Below are positions 9,357 through 18,984 of a stretch of DNA of 64,000 nt, piece by piece. Under the pieces are notes generated by a model. The model was not told the origin of the DNA, searched no databases, and worked only from the letters and a program-made list of their open reading frames with translations. Origin of the DNA: Minisyncoccota bacterium (GTDB lineage Bacteria > Patescibacteriota > Minisyncoccia > Phycocordibacterales > UBA9973); assembly GCA_039915165.1 (NCBI GenBank), contig JBDSNU010000018.1, positions 2,064 through 66,063 on the forward strand, in the 5' to 3' direction. How positions within the stretch are numbered: the first letter of the stretch is position 1; every line of letters starts with the position of its first letter. The position numbers and the translations under genes were made by a program.

Positions 9357-10328
9357 ATGTCAAGTACCCCCCCTGAAGAACAATTTAGCGACTCCCTGCT
9401 CCGCCCAATAACCTTCGTTGACTATGTCGGACAAGAACAGATCAAAAAATCTCTCTCCATACTTATTGGTGCTGCTAAAACACGCGGGCAAGCACCTGAA
9501 CATATTCTTTTTTATGGCCCTCCGGGATTAGGGAAAACAACGTTGGCTCATGTCATTGCAAAAGAAATGAATGCCCAGGTGAAACTTACTTCAGGACCAG
9601 CGATCGAACGTGTTGGCGATCTTGCTGCCATACTTACTAACCTGCAACCAGGCGATATGTTATTTATCGATGAAATTCACCGTCTCAATAAAACAATTGA
9701 GGAGGTACTCTACCCTGTTATGGAAACTGGCAAGATGGATATTATGATTGGCAAAGGTCCTTCAGCGCGTACCGTGCAACTTGATCTTCCTCCGTTTACA
9801 TTAGTTGGGGCAACAACACGCTTCGGTATGCTTTCTGCTCCATTGCGTTCTCGTTTTTCTGGCGGTACTTATCGTTTGGAATTTTATACTGATGAAGAAA
9901 TTGCGCGTATCCTCGGACGATCAGCACAACTACTTGATATTGATCTGCCTGATATTGCCCACCATGCTATTGCGGCACGTAGTCGCAAGACACCTCGTAT
10001 TGCCAACTACCTACTTCGTCGCGTTCGTGATTATGCACAAATGAATAATCAGACTATTGATGAAAAGAATGTGTCTGAAGCATTTAGCCTTCTTGGTCTT
10101 GATGAAAATGGACTTAGTTCTCATGATATCAATTTACTAAAAACTATCCGTGATAAATTTAGCGGCGGACCTGTTGGTGTGAAAAACCTTGCTGCTGCTA
10201 CCGGTGAAGATGACGGCACGATTGAAGACGTAACTGAACCATACCTCATCCAACTTGGACTTCTGGAGCGTACCCCTCGAGGCCGCCAACTAACAGAGAA
10301 AGGTAAAGATTATATTCGTGAAAAGTAA
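9357..10328 (+). CDS. ruvB: Holliday junction branch migration ATPase RuvB
   Basis: Walker A GPPGLGKTTLA, Walker B DEIHRL, sensor/arginine finger motifs; 323 aa. Confidence 0.9.
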   Translation: MSSTPPEEQFSDSLLRPITFVDYVGQEQIKKSLSILIGAAKTRGQAPEHILFYGPPGLGKTTLAHVIAKEMNAQVKLTSGPAIERVGDLAAILTNLQPGDMLFIDEIHRLNKTIEEVLYPVMETGKMDIMIGKGPSARTVQLDLPPFTLVGATTRFGMLSAPLRSRFSGGTYRLEFYTDEEIARILGRSAQLLDIDLPDIAHHAIAARSRKTPRIANYLLRRVRDYAQMNNQTIDEKNVSEAFSLLGLDENGLSSHDINLLKTIRDKFSGGPVGVKNLAAATGEDDGTIEDVTEPYLIQLGLLERTPRGRQLTEKGKDYIREK

Positions 10329-10818
10329 TATCGAACAAACTATCCTTGCTATCGACCCAGGGTACGATCGTTGCGGTGCCGCCATTATTAAAACCGGCAT
10401 TACTTCTACTGTTGAACACTCCTGGTGCATCACTACCAATAAAAAAGAGTCGAATGCCCAGCGCTTGGCTGTTATCTTTAAAAATGTTGAAGAAGCTATT
10501 ACTTTGTATAATCCTGATGCAATAGCCCTGGAAACATTATTCTTTTCAGTAAATAAAAAAACTGTTATGGCTGTTGCTGAATCTCGAGGTGTCATCGTTG
10601 TTCTTGCCGGACTCCATGGTATTCCTTTGATAGAACTATCCCCTCAAGCAGTGAAACTTGGTATGACTGGCAGTGGAAATGCTGACAAAACCTCAGTACA
10701 AAAGATGGTTACGATGACATTGAAGATTGATATATCAAAGAAATTGGACGATGAAGTTGATGCAATTGCTCTTGGTATCGCTGCAGCGGGTACATTACGT
10801 CTGCAAAATTATATATAG
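10318..10818 (+). CDS. ruvC: Crossover junction endodeoxyribonuclease RuvC
   Basis: N-terminal ILAIDPGYDRCGAAI (RuvC catalytic Asp motif). 166 aa. Overlaps the ruvB stop. Confidence 0.8.
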   Translation: MKSNIEQTILAIDPGYDRCGAAIIKTGITSTVEHSWCITTNKKESNAQRLAVIFKNVEEAITLYNPDAIALETLFFSVNKKTVMAVAESRGVIVVLAGLHGIPLIELSPQAVKLGMTGSGNADKTSVQKMVTMTLKIDISKKLDDEVDAIALGIAAAGTLRLQNYI

Positions 10819-10895
10819 TTCATTTTTACTCTTGCAAAGTAAAACAGTATCTGCTACAAATATGCTATAAAAATTAATTTGAATTTAGATAACAC

Positions 10896-11132
10896 ATGAG
10901 TGACTTTGAAGATGCAGCAGGAGAAGCTGGCCTTAACCCTGAAGATACATTAGATATCGCAGAAGTAGTAGAGGACGACGACGTCCTTGCTCCAGAAATT
11001 GATGATGCTCTCCCACTTGCCGATGACGATGGCGCACTAGGCGACACTGACGGTGAAGAAAAAGAAGGCGAAGGAGAGGATGAAGAATTTATGAGCTACA
11101 TGTACGGCGAAGACGTACTTAACGAACGATAA
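10896..11132 (+). CDS. Small hyper-acidic protein (78 aa, about 40% Asp/Glu), function unknown
   Basis: MSDFEDAAGEAGLNPEDTLDIAEVVEDDDVLAPEIDDALPLADDDGALGDTDGEEKEGEGEDEEF... Clean ORF with a terminator directly after it. Confidence 0.5.
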   Translation: MSDFEDAAGEAGLNPEDTLDIAEVVEDDDVLAPEIDDALPLADDDGALGDTDGEEKEGEGEDEEFMSYMYGEDVLNER

Positions 11133-11133
11133 T

Positions 11134-11176
11134 AAAAAAGACCGTCCCGAACATAGTTCAATGACGGTCTTTTTTA
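11134..11176. terminator. Bidirectional terminator hairpin (aaaaaagaccgtc...gacggtctttttt) shared by convergent genes
   Basis: 7-bp GC-rich stem with A-run and T-run on either side, between the acidic ORF stop and the SET-domain gene stop. Confidence 0.6.
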
Positions 11177-11626
11177 TTATTGAGTTAGTACTGCTTTTTC
11201 TCTCTTTAGCGTACATTTTACACAACGACAACCTTTTGGTTTGATGTGTGTATTCCAAAAGTCTTTTCCGTAATCATAAAAGAGTTCTTCGCCTTCTTTT
11301 ATAGCGCGCTTGGCGTATATAAATACTCGGGTTTTATGGATTTCTACTTCACAGTTCGGTGTACAGGCATGATTGATATATCGAGCAGTATTTGAACGAG
11401 TAGTACCATCAATAGTTTTCTTTGATGAAACTTCAAACAAATATTGTCCCCCTCTTTCATTTACTTCGTCTTGTGTAGTGAGAATATCGCCAACGTATTC
11501 AATGATACAGTCACCTTTTTTAATCGATACCGTAGTAAATAGTCCGAGACCATTAATTCCTTTTTTAACTTTTAGATCTCCAGGATAAGAGTATTGTATT
11601 TCGGTTTTTTTAGCAGACATGGTCAA
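11177..11626 (-). CDS. SET-domain protein-lysine methyltransferase-like protein with a post-SET Cys cluster
   Basis: SET signature motifs GLGLF...GDCIIEYVGDIL, ARYINHACTPNCEV, EELFYDYG, and post-SET CRCVKC. Confidence 0.85.
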   Translation of the reverse strand: MTMSAKKTEIQYSYPGDLKVKKGINGLGLFTTVSIKKGDCIIEYVGDILTTQDEVNERGGQYLFEVSSKKTIDGTTRSNTARYINHACTPNCEVEIHKTRVFIYAKRAIKEGEELFYDYGKDFWNTHIKPKGCRCVKCTLKREKAVLTQ

Positions 11627-11644
11627 AAGTATATCACAAGAATA

Positions 11645-12505
11645 TTATCTATCTTGCCATTTGGCGTAGATACCTGTTGTAAGTAAGCGGTCAGATGATT
11701 GCTGTTGAATGCCAATCTCCCCGTATGAAATAGTTCCTTTTGGTAATACATCAAAAAGTAACTCTCCGAACGTTCTTGCGCTAAAACCAGATGCGTAGCC
11801 ATTCATAATGACCAGCTTCGCTTCAACAGAAAGTAGTTCAGGAAGTAATGCCATAAGTTCCAAAATTTTTTCTTCGATCTTCCACACTTCCCCTTTTGGC
11901 CCGCGACCAAATGCTGGGGGGTCCATAACAATTACTTCAAATTGTTCGCCGCGCTGTATTAAACGTTTTGCATATTTGAGAGCATCGTCGGTGATCACCC
12001 GTAGCGCATCGCCCTTAAGGCCAGAAGTTTCTGCATTATCTTTCACTGTTTGTATCGTTTGTTTAGATGCATCAACATGAGTTACTTTCATACCCGCTTG
12101 AGCTGCAGCAACACTTGCCGCACCTGTATACCCAAAAAGATTTAACATGCGAAGTCCTGCATGTTTTTTGCCTAATGATTGTAGTTCTGCCCACTGCTCA
12201 GAATGTTCGGGAAACATTCCTACATGTTTAAACCCTTTAAAAGAAAGGTTTATTTTCATATCATACCAGTCGATTTTCCAATCTTCAGCAATACCTTTAT
12301 TGATACTCCATCGGTCTCCTTTATCAGCCCAAATAAATTGTGCATCTGCTTGTAGCCATTTATCGGCAGCAGTTTTTTTCCATAGTGCTTGTGGGTCAGG
12401 ACGGTCAAGAACTACACCTGCAAAGCGTTCCAATTTTCTTCCTTCTCCAGAATCTAACAGTTCATATGAGTCCCATCCAGTTGTTAGTACATCAATTTTT
12501 TTCAT
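11645..12505 (-). CDS. Class I SAM-dependent RNA methyltransferase (RlmI/YccW-like)
   Basis: Rossmann MTase motifs LNLFGYTGAASVAAA and VIVMDPPAF. Start set at MKKIDVLTTGW to abut the upstream gene. Confidence 0.6.
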   Translation of the reverse strand: MKKIDVLTTGWDSYELLDSGEGRKLERFAGVVLDRPDPQALWKKTAADKWLQADAQFIWADKGDRWSINKGIAEDWKIDWYDMKINLSFKGFKHVGMFPEHSEQWAELQSLGKKHAGLRMLNLFGYTGAASVAAAQAGMKVTHVDASKQTIQTVKDNAETSGLKGDALRVITDDALKYAKRLIQRGEQFEVIVMDPPAFGRGPKGEVWKIEEKILELMALLPELLSVEAKLVIMNGYASGFSARTFGELLFDVLPKGTISYGEIGIQQQSSDRLLTTGIYAKWQDR

Positions 12506-13391
12506 ATGCAGCGAGCGCTGATTCAATTGTTGGATATACAAAATCAAATCCTTTATCTACTAATCTTTTTGGCACCACGCGACTGTCATTAGTCATTTCA
12601 AAATACCCATCATTAAACATTTTCTTGCCGAGCCATTGTGGAATAGTTATTACCAACCGATGTTTCCATATATTTTTTAATGATTGCAAAAATGTACTAT
12701 ACAGTACTGGTTCTGGTGCTGTAGCATTTACCACTCCTTGTAGAGTGTTTGTTTCAAGTGCAAATAAATATGCATTAACAATATCCATTTCTGAAATCCA
12801 TGAAAACCAGAAGTCTTCTTTTTTCAATCTCGGCAAAAATCCCCATCCTGCAGATTTTTTTATTAAGGACATCAATCCACCATGACCAATAACAGGTGAA
12901 GTTCGGATACATACAACACGGACACCGAACTCTGTTGCCTTACGTGCTTCTGCTTCCCACTCCATAACAACGTCTGCCAAAAATCCAGTGCCATTTGGTG
13001 ATTGTTCATCGTGTATTACCTCACCGGTATTACCATAAAAACCAGAGGCTGAGGCACAGATAAATACCGTTGGTCGACTTTTTGACGCAGCGATAGCTTC
13101 AACAATCGAAGCAGTGCTTTTGATACGACTGTCATGAATAGCTTTCTTATTTTTTTCAGTCCACTTCACACTAATAGGAGCCCCTACTAAATTAATAATA
13201 GCGTCTGTCTGCTCCAAAACATTATACGGTAATGGCTGAGTGGCAACATCTGACTGTATAAAAAAGAGGTTTTGATGAGTGAATGATGGTGGAGTAAGCG
13301 CAATAACCACCACTGTGTGTCCTTGTGCTAATAGTCGTTTTGATACTGTTGTACCAATAAAACCGCTCCCGCCCGTAACTACTATAGTCAT
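12492..13391 (-). CDS. NAD-dependent epimerase/dehydratase-family protein with C-terminal DUF1731 (YfcH-like)
   Basis: N-terminal VVTGGSGFIGTTV Rossmann motif; 299 aa typical of the YfcH family. Confidence 0.7.
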   Translation of the reverse strand: MTIVVTGGSGFIGTTVSKRLLAQGHTVVVIALTPPSFTHQNLFFIQSDVATQPLPYNVLEQTDAIINLVGAPISVKWTEKNKKAIHDSRIKSTASIVEAIAASKSRPTVFICASASGFYGNTGEVIHDEQSPNGTGFLADVVMEWEAEARKATEFGVRVVCIRTSPVIGHGGLMSLIKKSAGWGFLPRLKKEDFWFSWISEMDIVNAYLFALETNTLQGVVNATAPEPVLYSTFLQSLKNIWKHRLVITIPQWLGKKMFNDGYFEMTNDSRVVPKRLVDKGFDFVYPTIESALAAYEKN

Positions 13392-13629
13392 ATAAGGTTA
13401 ATAGTAGCACGATATTTTCAACATTTCGCTACACACAATGAAAACGTCTACTTTACAATACGCACCCGTAAGGTAGGATAGCCGATATGGAATACGTCGG
13501 GAAAACACTCATCATGGTAGGCAGAATGCTGCTTTTTTTCCTTTTGACGATTATTTTTGTCCCATCGTTCTTAGTAGTAAATTATCTACAAGAAACCTGG
13601 TCAAAAATGCTTGGTGATTTGTTTAAACT

Positions 13630-14832
13630 TTAAACAATGCGGAGGATGCGACTCTTCCCTACTTTATACACACCGACAACAATTGTTTTCGTCTGTTCAA
13701 TACTAATAATTTCTTTTGTTTCAAAATTAGTTACTGCTTTTGCTTCTATAAGGCGGCGAAGTTCTGTTTTTGATGCAACAATTTTTTCTGTTAGTAACAC
13801 TTCTTCTAGAGTTTGACTATTACCATTAACTTCAGGAATATTTTCAATTACTTCTTTTTTTTGAAAAATTGAAATATATGTTTCTTCAGCTTTTTGCGCA
13901 CTTATGTGGTCAGTACACAATGCAACGATTTCGAATGCGAGTCGCATTTTAATATCACGAGGATTAATACCGGCATCAAGCTCATCTTGAACCGATTGGA
14001 TTTGAGTTGGAGTGTAGTCAGTACAAAGTTCAAAACCAGGAATAATAAGTCCGTCTGTCCAACTCATAATCTTGCCGTACATATCTTCAGGAGTATCAAT
14101 AAGACTAATCATATTACCGGTGGTTTTACCCATCTTTGCGCCGTTGTTATCTTCTAGCAATTTCATGGTAATCACAAATTTCTCTTTATTTTTCAATTGT
14201 TTTAAGAGTGTGCGCCCTGTTAACATATTGAAAAGTTGATCATTGCCTCCAACTTCGCCATCAACATTCATCGCTACACTGTCATACCCCTGCATCAAAG
14301 GATACATAAATTCATGAATATAGATTGGTTTCTCTTCTTCAATACGACGAGCAAACATATCTCGCTTCAACATTTGATCAACTGTCATATTTGATGCGAG
14401 TGATAGAACATCAGCAAATTTCATTTTACCCAACCAGTCATTATTAAATTTAATTACTGCCGCATTTGAACCAGTAAAACGAATAAACTTACTCGCTTGT
14501 TTTTTGTACTGTTTCAAATTAACTTTAATTTCTTTTTCAGTTAATTGTTTACGTGCAGAAGTTTTGTCTGTTGGATCACCGATACGAGCAGTGAAATCAC
14601 CAACTAAGAAAATAATCTTATGGCCAAGATCTTGAAAATGACGAAGTTTGCGCAGACTGATAGTGTGCCCAATGTGTAATGTTGGACCTGTTGGATCAAA
14701 ACCTGCATAAATTGAAAGCGTGCGGCCTGAAGAAAGTTCTTTTGTCAAAAACCCTTTGCTCGGCAAAATGTCTGCCACTCCTTTATGTAGTAAAATATCC
14801 AATAATTCGTCTTTTCCTAGTTTTTTATCCAT
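13630..14832 (-). CDS. tyrS: Tyrosine--tRNA ligase
   Basis: HIGH motif (LHIGHTISL), KMSKS-type motif (KMGKTTGN), C-terminal S4-like domain. Start taken at the internal MDKKLGKDELL to avoid overlapping the divergent PBP gene. Confidence 0.85.
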   Translation of the reverse strand: MDKKLGKDELLDILLHKGVADILPSKGFLTKELSSGRTLSIYAGFDPTGPTLHIGHTISLRKLRHFQDLGHKIIFLVGDFTARIGDPTDKTSARKQLTEKEIKVNLKQYKKQASKFIRFTGSNAAVIKFNNDWLGKMKFADVLSLASNMTVDQMLKRDMFARRIEEEKPIYIHEFMYPLMQGYDSVAMNVDGEVGGNDQLFNMLTGRTLLKQLKNKEKFVITMKLLEDNNGAKMGKTTGNMISLIDTPEDMYGKIMSWTDGLIIPGFELCTDYTPTQIQSVQDELDAGINPRDIKMRLAFEIVALCTDHISAQKAEETYISIFQKKEVIENIPEVNGNSQTLEEVLLTEKIVASKTELRRLIEAKAVTNFETKEIISIEQTKTIVVGVYKVGKSRILRIV

Positions 14833-14868
14833 TCCTGAGATTGTATCATTTTTCTTGATTTTTTTGTT

Positions 14869-17391
14869 ATGATTGATGGTATGAAAGAACATAAACAACA
14901 TAATGGATTTCCTTGGAAAAAGGTTCTATTTGCATTACTTGCACTTGGATTATTAGGGATCGGAGCAGTATTAATTTGGGCTAGTTTTATTAAACTCCCC
15001 GATATCTCCACTTTTGAGGCCAGACAGATTGCCAATTCATCAAAAATCACTGACCGAACTGGGCAAATAGTACTCTATGATGCTCATCAATCAGTAAAAA
15101 GAACGCAAATCCCATTGGCGAGTATGGGTGACCCTATTCAAAAAGCTGTGATCTCTATCGAAGATCAGGACTTCTATCACAATAGTGGTATTCGACCTAC
15201 ATCAATCTTGCGCGCAGTATTTGTAAACATTATCCATGTTGGATATGTACAAGGAGGTTCTACTATCACTCAACAGATTATTAAAAATACACTGCTCAAC
15301 GGTGATAAATCTGTTGCGCGTAAATTGAAAGAATGGGTATTGGCTGTTCGTCTCACTCGCCAATTTAGTAAAGACCAGATTTTGGAAATCTATCTTAATG
15401 ATGCCCCTCTTGGTGGAACAGTATATGGTGTTGAACAAGCATCACAATCATATTTTGGAATTCCTGCTGCTCAACTTGATTTGGCACAAGCTGCTTATAT
15501 TGCTGCTATGCTCCCTGCTCCAACATACTACTCCCCTTTTGGTTCACACAAAAAAGATCTTGATAGTCGAAAAAATCTTGTCCTTTCAAAAATGAAGCAA
15601 TATGGCTATATCACTAGTGATCAAATGGCTGCTGCAAAAACTGAAGTGGTTGCGTTCAACCAAGCAAGCAATACTGGTGTGAAAGCTCCTCACTTTGTTT
15701 TTTATATTCTTGATCAACTTGAACAAAAATATGGTAAAGACGTGTTGGATAATGATGGATATACAATTAAAACTACTCTTGATTATGATCTTCAACAAAA
15801 AGCTGAGCAGATCGTAGCGACTCAAGTAGCCGCAAATGAAAAACAATACAACGCTTCAAACTCTAGTTTAGTTGCTATTGATCCAACTACAGGACAAATC
15901 CTTACCATGGTTGGTTCTCGTAATTATTTCGACAAACAAATTGATGGTGCTTACAATACTGCTACTGCTCAACGTCAACCGGGTTCATCATTTAAACCAT
16001 TCGTCTATGCCACTGCTTTTGCAAAAGGATATACGCCCGAGACAGTAGTGTTTGATGTGCCTACAGAATTCTCTACAAATTGTACGCCTGACCAACAACC
16101 ACTTGCTGGTTTTACCTCGAAAGATTGTTATAACCCTGCTAACTTTGATAATAAATTCAAAGGCCCAATATCTCTTCGCAGTGCTATAGCTGAATCACGA
16201 AACGTGCCTTCAGTGAAACTTCTTTATTTAGTGGGTGTACAAAATGCTGTTGATTTTGCTCATGCATTAGGTATTACTACACTAACTAATCCTGCTGAAA
16301 TTGGTTTATCACTCGTGCTTGGTGGAGGCGAAGTAAAACTACTTGATATGACTAGTGCGTACGGTGTATTTGCAAATAGTGGTGTACGTAATCCAACAAC
16401 AGGTATTCTTGAAGTCGATGATAATAATGGGAATATTCTTGAACAATATCAACCCAATCCAACATCTGTCATGGATAAAAATGTAGCATTAACAATGAAT
16501 AATGTTCTATCTGATGCACAAGCTCGTATTCCTACATTCGGTACAACACTTATCACTATCCCAGGTGTTGCAGTAAAAACTGGTACAACAAACAGTGACC
16601 GTGATGCCTGGACTGTTGGATACACTCCTTCTATCTCAATTGGTGTATGGTCAGGTAACAATGATAATAAACCGATGAAAAGTGGTGGTTCTGCAATCTC
16701 TGGACCAACATGGAAAATGTTCATGCAATATACATTAACTAAATATCCAAATACTGCTTTTGAAGAACCCGTACCTGATCCAGATGCAAATACTTTGAAA
16801 CCGATCTTACGGGGTATCTGGATAGGTAACGAAACAGTTAAAGTTGATAAAGTAACAGGATTACGTGCTACAGATACAACACCTGCTGATGCAACAACTG
16901 AAAAAGTAATAACTGATGTACATGATATCCTTTATTGGGTAAATAAATCTGATCCTCATGGACCAATACCAACCAATCCAAGTAGCGATCCCCAGTTCCA
17001 TCTTTGGGAACCCTCTGTACAAACATGGTGGGCAAACAATGCTGGGAAATATAATAGTGTTAGTAGTGCTGATATTCCTGCATCATATGATACAGCGGGC
17101 ACTGCCGGTACCACCTCACCATTAAGCTTAAGTGGTATTTCAGATACTATGAATCTTAATGACAATGCCGAAATATCTGTAACAACATCTGCACAATACC
17201 CTCTTACTAGTGTTGATGTACTTATCGATAATAGTTACGTTGCTACACTCCCTGCACCATTTCATTTCGTATTTACACCAAGTGATTATAATTTAAAAAT
17301 TGGTCCACATACTATAACGTTCAACGCTACTAATAGTGTGTATGGTAAAAGTACTATCACAAAAAATATAACTTTTGTTCAAGGAACATAA
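14869..17391 (+). CDS. Class A penicillin-binding protein (transglycosylase + transpeptidase) with a ~200-aa C-terminal extension
   Basis: N-terminal TM; GT51 motifs EDQDFYHNSGI and RQFSKDQILEIYLN; transpeptidase SxxK (GSSFKP), SRN, KTGTT. Confidence 0.85.
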   Translation: MIDGMKEHKQHNGFPWKKVLFALLALGLLGIGAVLIWASFIKLPDISTFEARQIANSSKITDRTGQIVLYDAHQSVKRTQIPLASMGDPIQKAVISIEDQDFYHNSGIRPTSILRAVFVNIIHVGYVQGGSTITQQIIKNTLLNGDKSVARKLKEWVLAVRLTRQFSKDQILEIYLNDAPLGGTVYGVEQASQSYFGIPAAQLDLAQAAYIAAMLPAPTYYSPFGSHKKDLDSRKNLVLSKMKQYGYITSDQMAAAKTEVVAFNQASNTGVKAPHFVFYILDQLEQKYGKDVLDNDGYTIKTTLDYDLQQKAEQIVATQVAANEKQYNASNSSLVAIDPTTGQILTMVGSRNYFDKQIDGAYNTATAQRQPGSSFKPFVYATAFAKGYTPETVVFDVPTEFSTNCTPDQQPLAGFTSKDCYNPANFDNKFKGPISLRSAIAESRNVPSVKLLYLVGVQNAVDFAHALGITTLTNPAEIGLSLVLGGGEVKLLDMTSAYGVFANSGVRNPTTGILEVDDNNGNILEQYQPNPTSVMDKNVALTMNNVLSDAQARIPTFGTTLITIPGVAVKTGTTNSDRDAWTVGYTPSISIGVWSGNNDNKPMKSGGSAISGPTWKMFMQYTLTKYPNTAFEEPVPDPDANTLKPILRGIWIGNETVKVDKVTGLRATDTTPADATTEKVITDVHDILYWVNKSDPHGPIPTNPSSDPQFHLWEPSVQTWWANNAGKYNSVSSADIPASYDTAGTAGTTSPLSLSGISDTMNLNDNAEISVTTSAQYPLTSVDVLIDNSYVATLPAPFHFVFTPSDYNLKIGPHTITFNATNSVYGKSTITKNITFVQGT

Positions 17392-17400
17392 ATAAAGAAA

Positions 17401-17429
17401 AAATAAATGGGGTCTGACCCCATTTATTT
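17401..17429. repeat. REP-like palindromic element copy 3 (aaataaatggggtc-t-gaccccatttattt), also a convergent terminator
   Basis: Perfect 14-bp arms around the same core as copies 1 and 2, between the PBP stop (17391) and the convergent 83-aa gene end (17435). Confidence 0.6.
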
Positions 17430-17434
17430 TTTCT

Positions 17435-17686
17435 TTATTGCACTTGGTGGATTTTCACTCCTGAGTCTTGGAGAGCTTTCAGTATTTTTGCATTATTAAG
17501 CATTAGTACCATCTTTACTGTTGGAGAAGCTTTGATTCTTAATATTCCTTTTACAATAGTGACCTGGTCTGGTTGGATAGTTGTTTTCACAATATCACTA
17601 ATGATCTTGGCACTATCTTCAGTTACAGCACCATCTTTTGTAATCTTATCTTTTAATTGAGAGAGGATCGATTGAAAAAGATCCAT
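17435..17686 (-). CDS. Small protein (83 aa) immediately downstream of dnaN; possible DUF721/DciA-like helicase-loading factor
   Basis: Position directly after dnaA-dnaN. Weak DUF721-like C-terminus VKGILRIKASPTVKMVLMLN. Confidence 0.4.
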   Translation of the reverse strand: MDLFQSILSQLKDKITKDGAVTEDSAKIISDIVKTTIQPDQVTIVKGILRIKASPTVKMVLMLNNAKILKALQDSGVKIHQVQ

Positions 17687-17687
17687 A

Positions 17688-18785
17688 TTAACGGTTGGTC
17701 GGCATTAAGAGATAAAGGAATGAATTATCACTAACACTTCTTACAACAATAGGTTTATTTGGTTGAGTGAAGGAGATTGTTAAACTATCACCTGTAAGTG
17801 CCTGAAATACGTCTAGGAAGTACTTTAGATTGAAATCCACCTCGATAGGTTCACCTTCAATTGCAGCACTGACAGTGGACACTGAGGAACCTACATCACT
17901 ATTCTTTGAACTAAGTGTTATTACTTTTTTATCTTCTGGTATAGCAAATGATACTTGGAAAAATTTATCTGCAAAAATAGTAGAGAGACGAAGAGTATTA
18001 AGAAGTTCTTGTTTTAAAAGCACTACTTTTGTTACTGTTTCTTTGGGGATAATTAATTGATATGGTGGAAAACCGCCATCGATCAAACGTGAAGTTAAAT
18101 ATAGACCATTGGCAAAGAAAGCGATCTGATTACGAGTATACATAATACGGATTGTCTCTGGGGCAACATCAAGCACTCGCAGAATATCAGCAATGTTTTT
18201 AAAAGGGATCAAAATCTTGGCAATCTCAGGAATACCTTTTACAGTGATCTTTTTTTCAGCCAATCTAAATGAGTCAGTAGCAACGAAACAAAGTGTATTT
18301 TCTTCACTATAAATAAATATACTAGCGATTTCTGGTTTAATGTCTGTAATTGCTGCACAAAAGTACACAGAACGAATACCTTCTTGAAGTATCGCAGTCT
18401 TAATCTCAACTTGCTCCCCTTCTACAGCAGGAAGGGTAGGAAAATCATCTGCAGGTAATGACTTGATAACTGTAGTGTGTTGAGGTGTTGAAATAGTGAG
18501 ATTGTCATTATTAAGCGTTAAACGAACTTCACTTGCATCACTAAGGTGATTACAAACACTTGCCAGTACTTCCCCTTTGATGAGTACTGTTCCTTCTTGC
18601 TCTACATTAGCAGGGATTTCTATTTCAATACCTAGTGTGAGATTTGTTGATCGAACTTTTATACTCTTCCCTGAAGCAATTAAAAGAATTGCATGTAGTG
18701 TGGGTAATGTTAATGCTTTCCCTGTCATTCTCTCAGCGAGACTAACGGCGTTTTTCAACTTTTCTGTTGTACAAGTTATATTCAT
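17688..18785 (-). CDS. dnaN: DNA polymerase III subunit beta (sliding clamp)
   Basis: 365 aa, three-domain clamp pattern, directly downstream of dnaA. Confidence 0.9.
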   Translation of the reverse strand: MNITCTTEKLKNAVSLAERMTGKALTLPTLHAILLIASGKSIKVRSTNLTLGIEIEIPANVEQEGTVLIKGEVLASVCNHLSDASEVRLTLNNDNLTISTPQHTTVIKSLPADDFPTLPAVEGEQVEIKTAILQEGIRSVYFCAAITDIKPEIASIFIYSEENTLCFVATDSFRLAEKKITVKGIPEIAKILIPFKNIADILRVLDVAPETIRIMYTRNQIAFFANGLYLTSRLIDGGFPPYQLIIPKETVTKVVLLKQELLNTLRLSTIFADKFFQVSFAIPEDKKVITLSSKNSDVGSSVSTVSAAIEGEPIEVDFNLKYFLDVFQALTGDSLTISFTQPNKPIVVRSVSDNSFLYLLMPTNR

Positions 18786-18819
18786 AATTTTTTATATTTT
18801 TCTTTAAGTTAGTCTATAT

Positions 18820-18895
18820 AGAGTGTGGATTGTGGATAAGTCTCTATTATTCTTTATTTCCAATTGATTTTTAAACTCACTGCTGTGGATTATGT
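18820..18895. promoter_or_regulatory. DnaA-box cluster in the dnaA-dnaN spacer (oriC component)
   Basis: tgtggataa (perfect TTATCCACA complement) at 18831-18839 plus tgtggatt and ctgtggatta variants in an AT-rich spacer. Confidence 0.6.
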
Positions 18896-18984
18896 TTACC
18901 GAAAATACAGAGTTTTTATATTTTAGTAAATTGGAAAAAGTTATCATTGAGTTATTCATAGTTTTATCCGAATGTTTTCCCCAA

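Noticed and set aside
13486-13635. 49-aa hydrophobic plus-strand ORF (MEYVGKTLIMVGRMLLFFLL...) in the tyrS-epimerase spacer
   Set aside because: Antisense to the operon direction, overlaps the tyrS stop, and lacks an RBS. Low confidence, not listed as a feature.
14833-14901. Longer tyrS start at 14901 (MLFMFFHTINHNKK...)
   Set aside because: It would overlap the divergent PBP gene start and adds a non-conserved hydrophobic leader. The internal MDKK start at 14832 is preferred.
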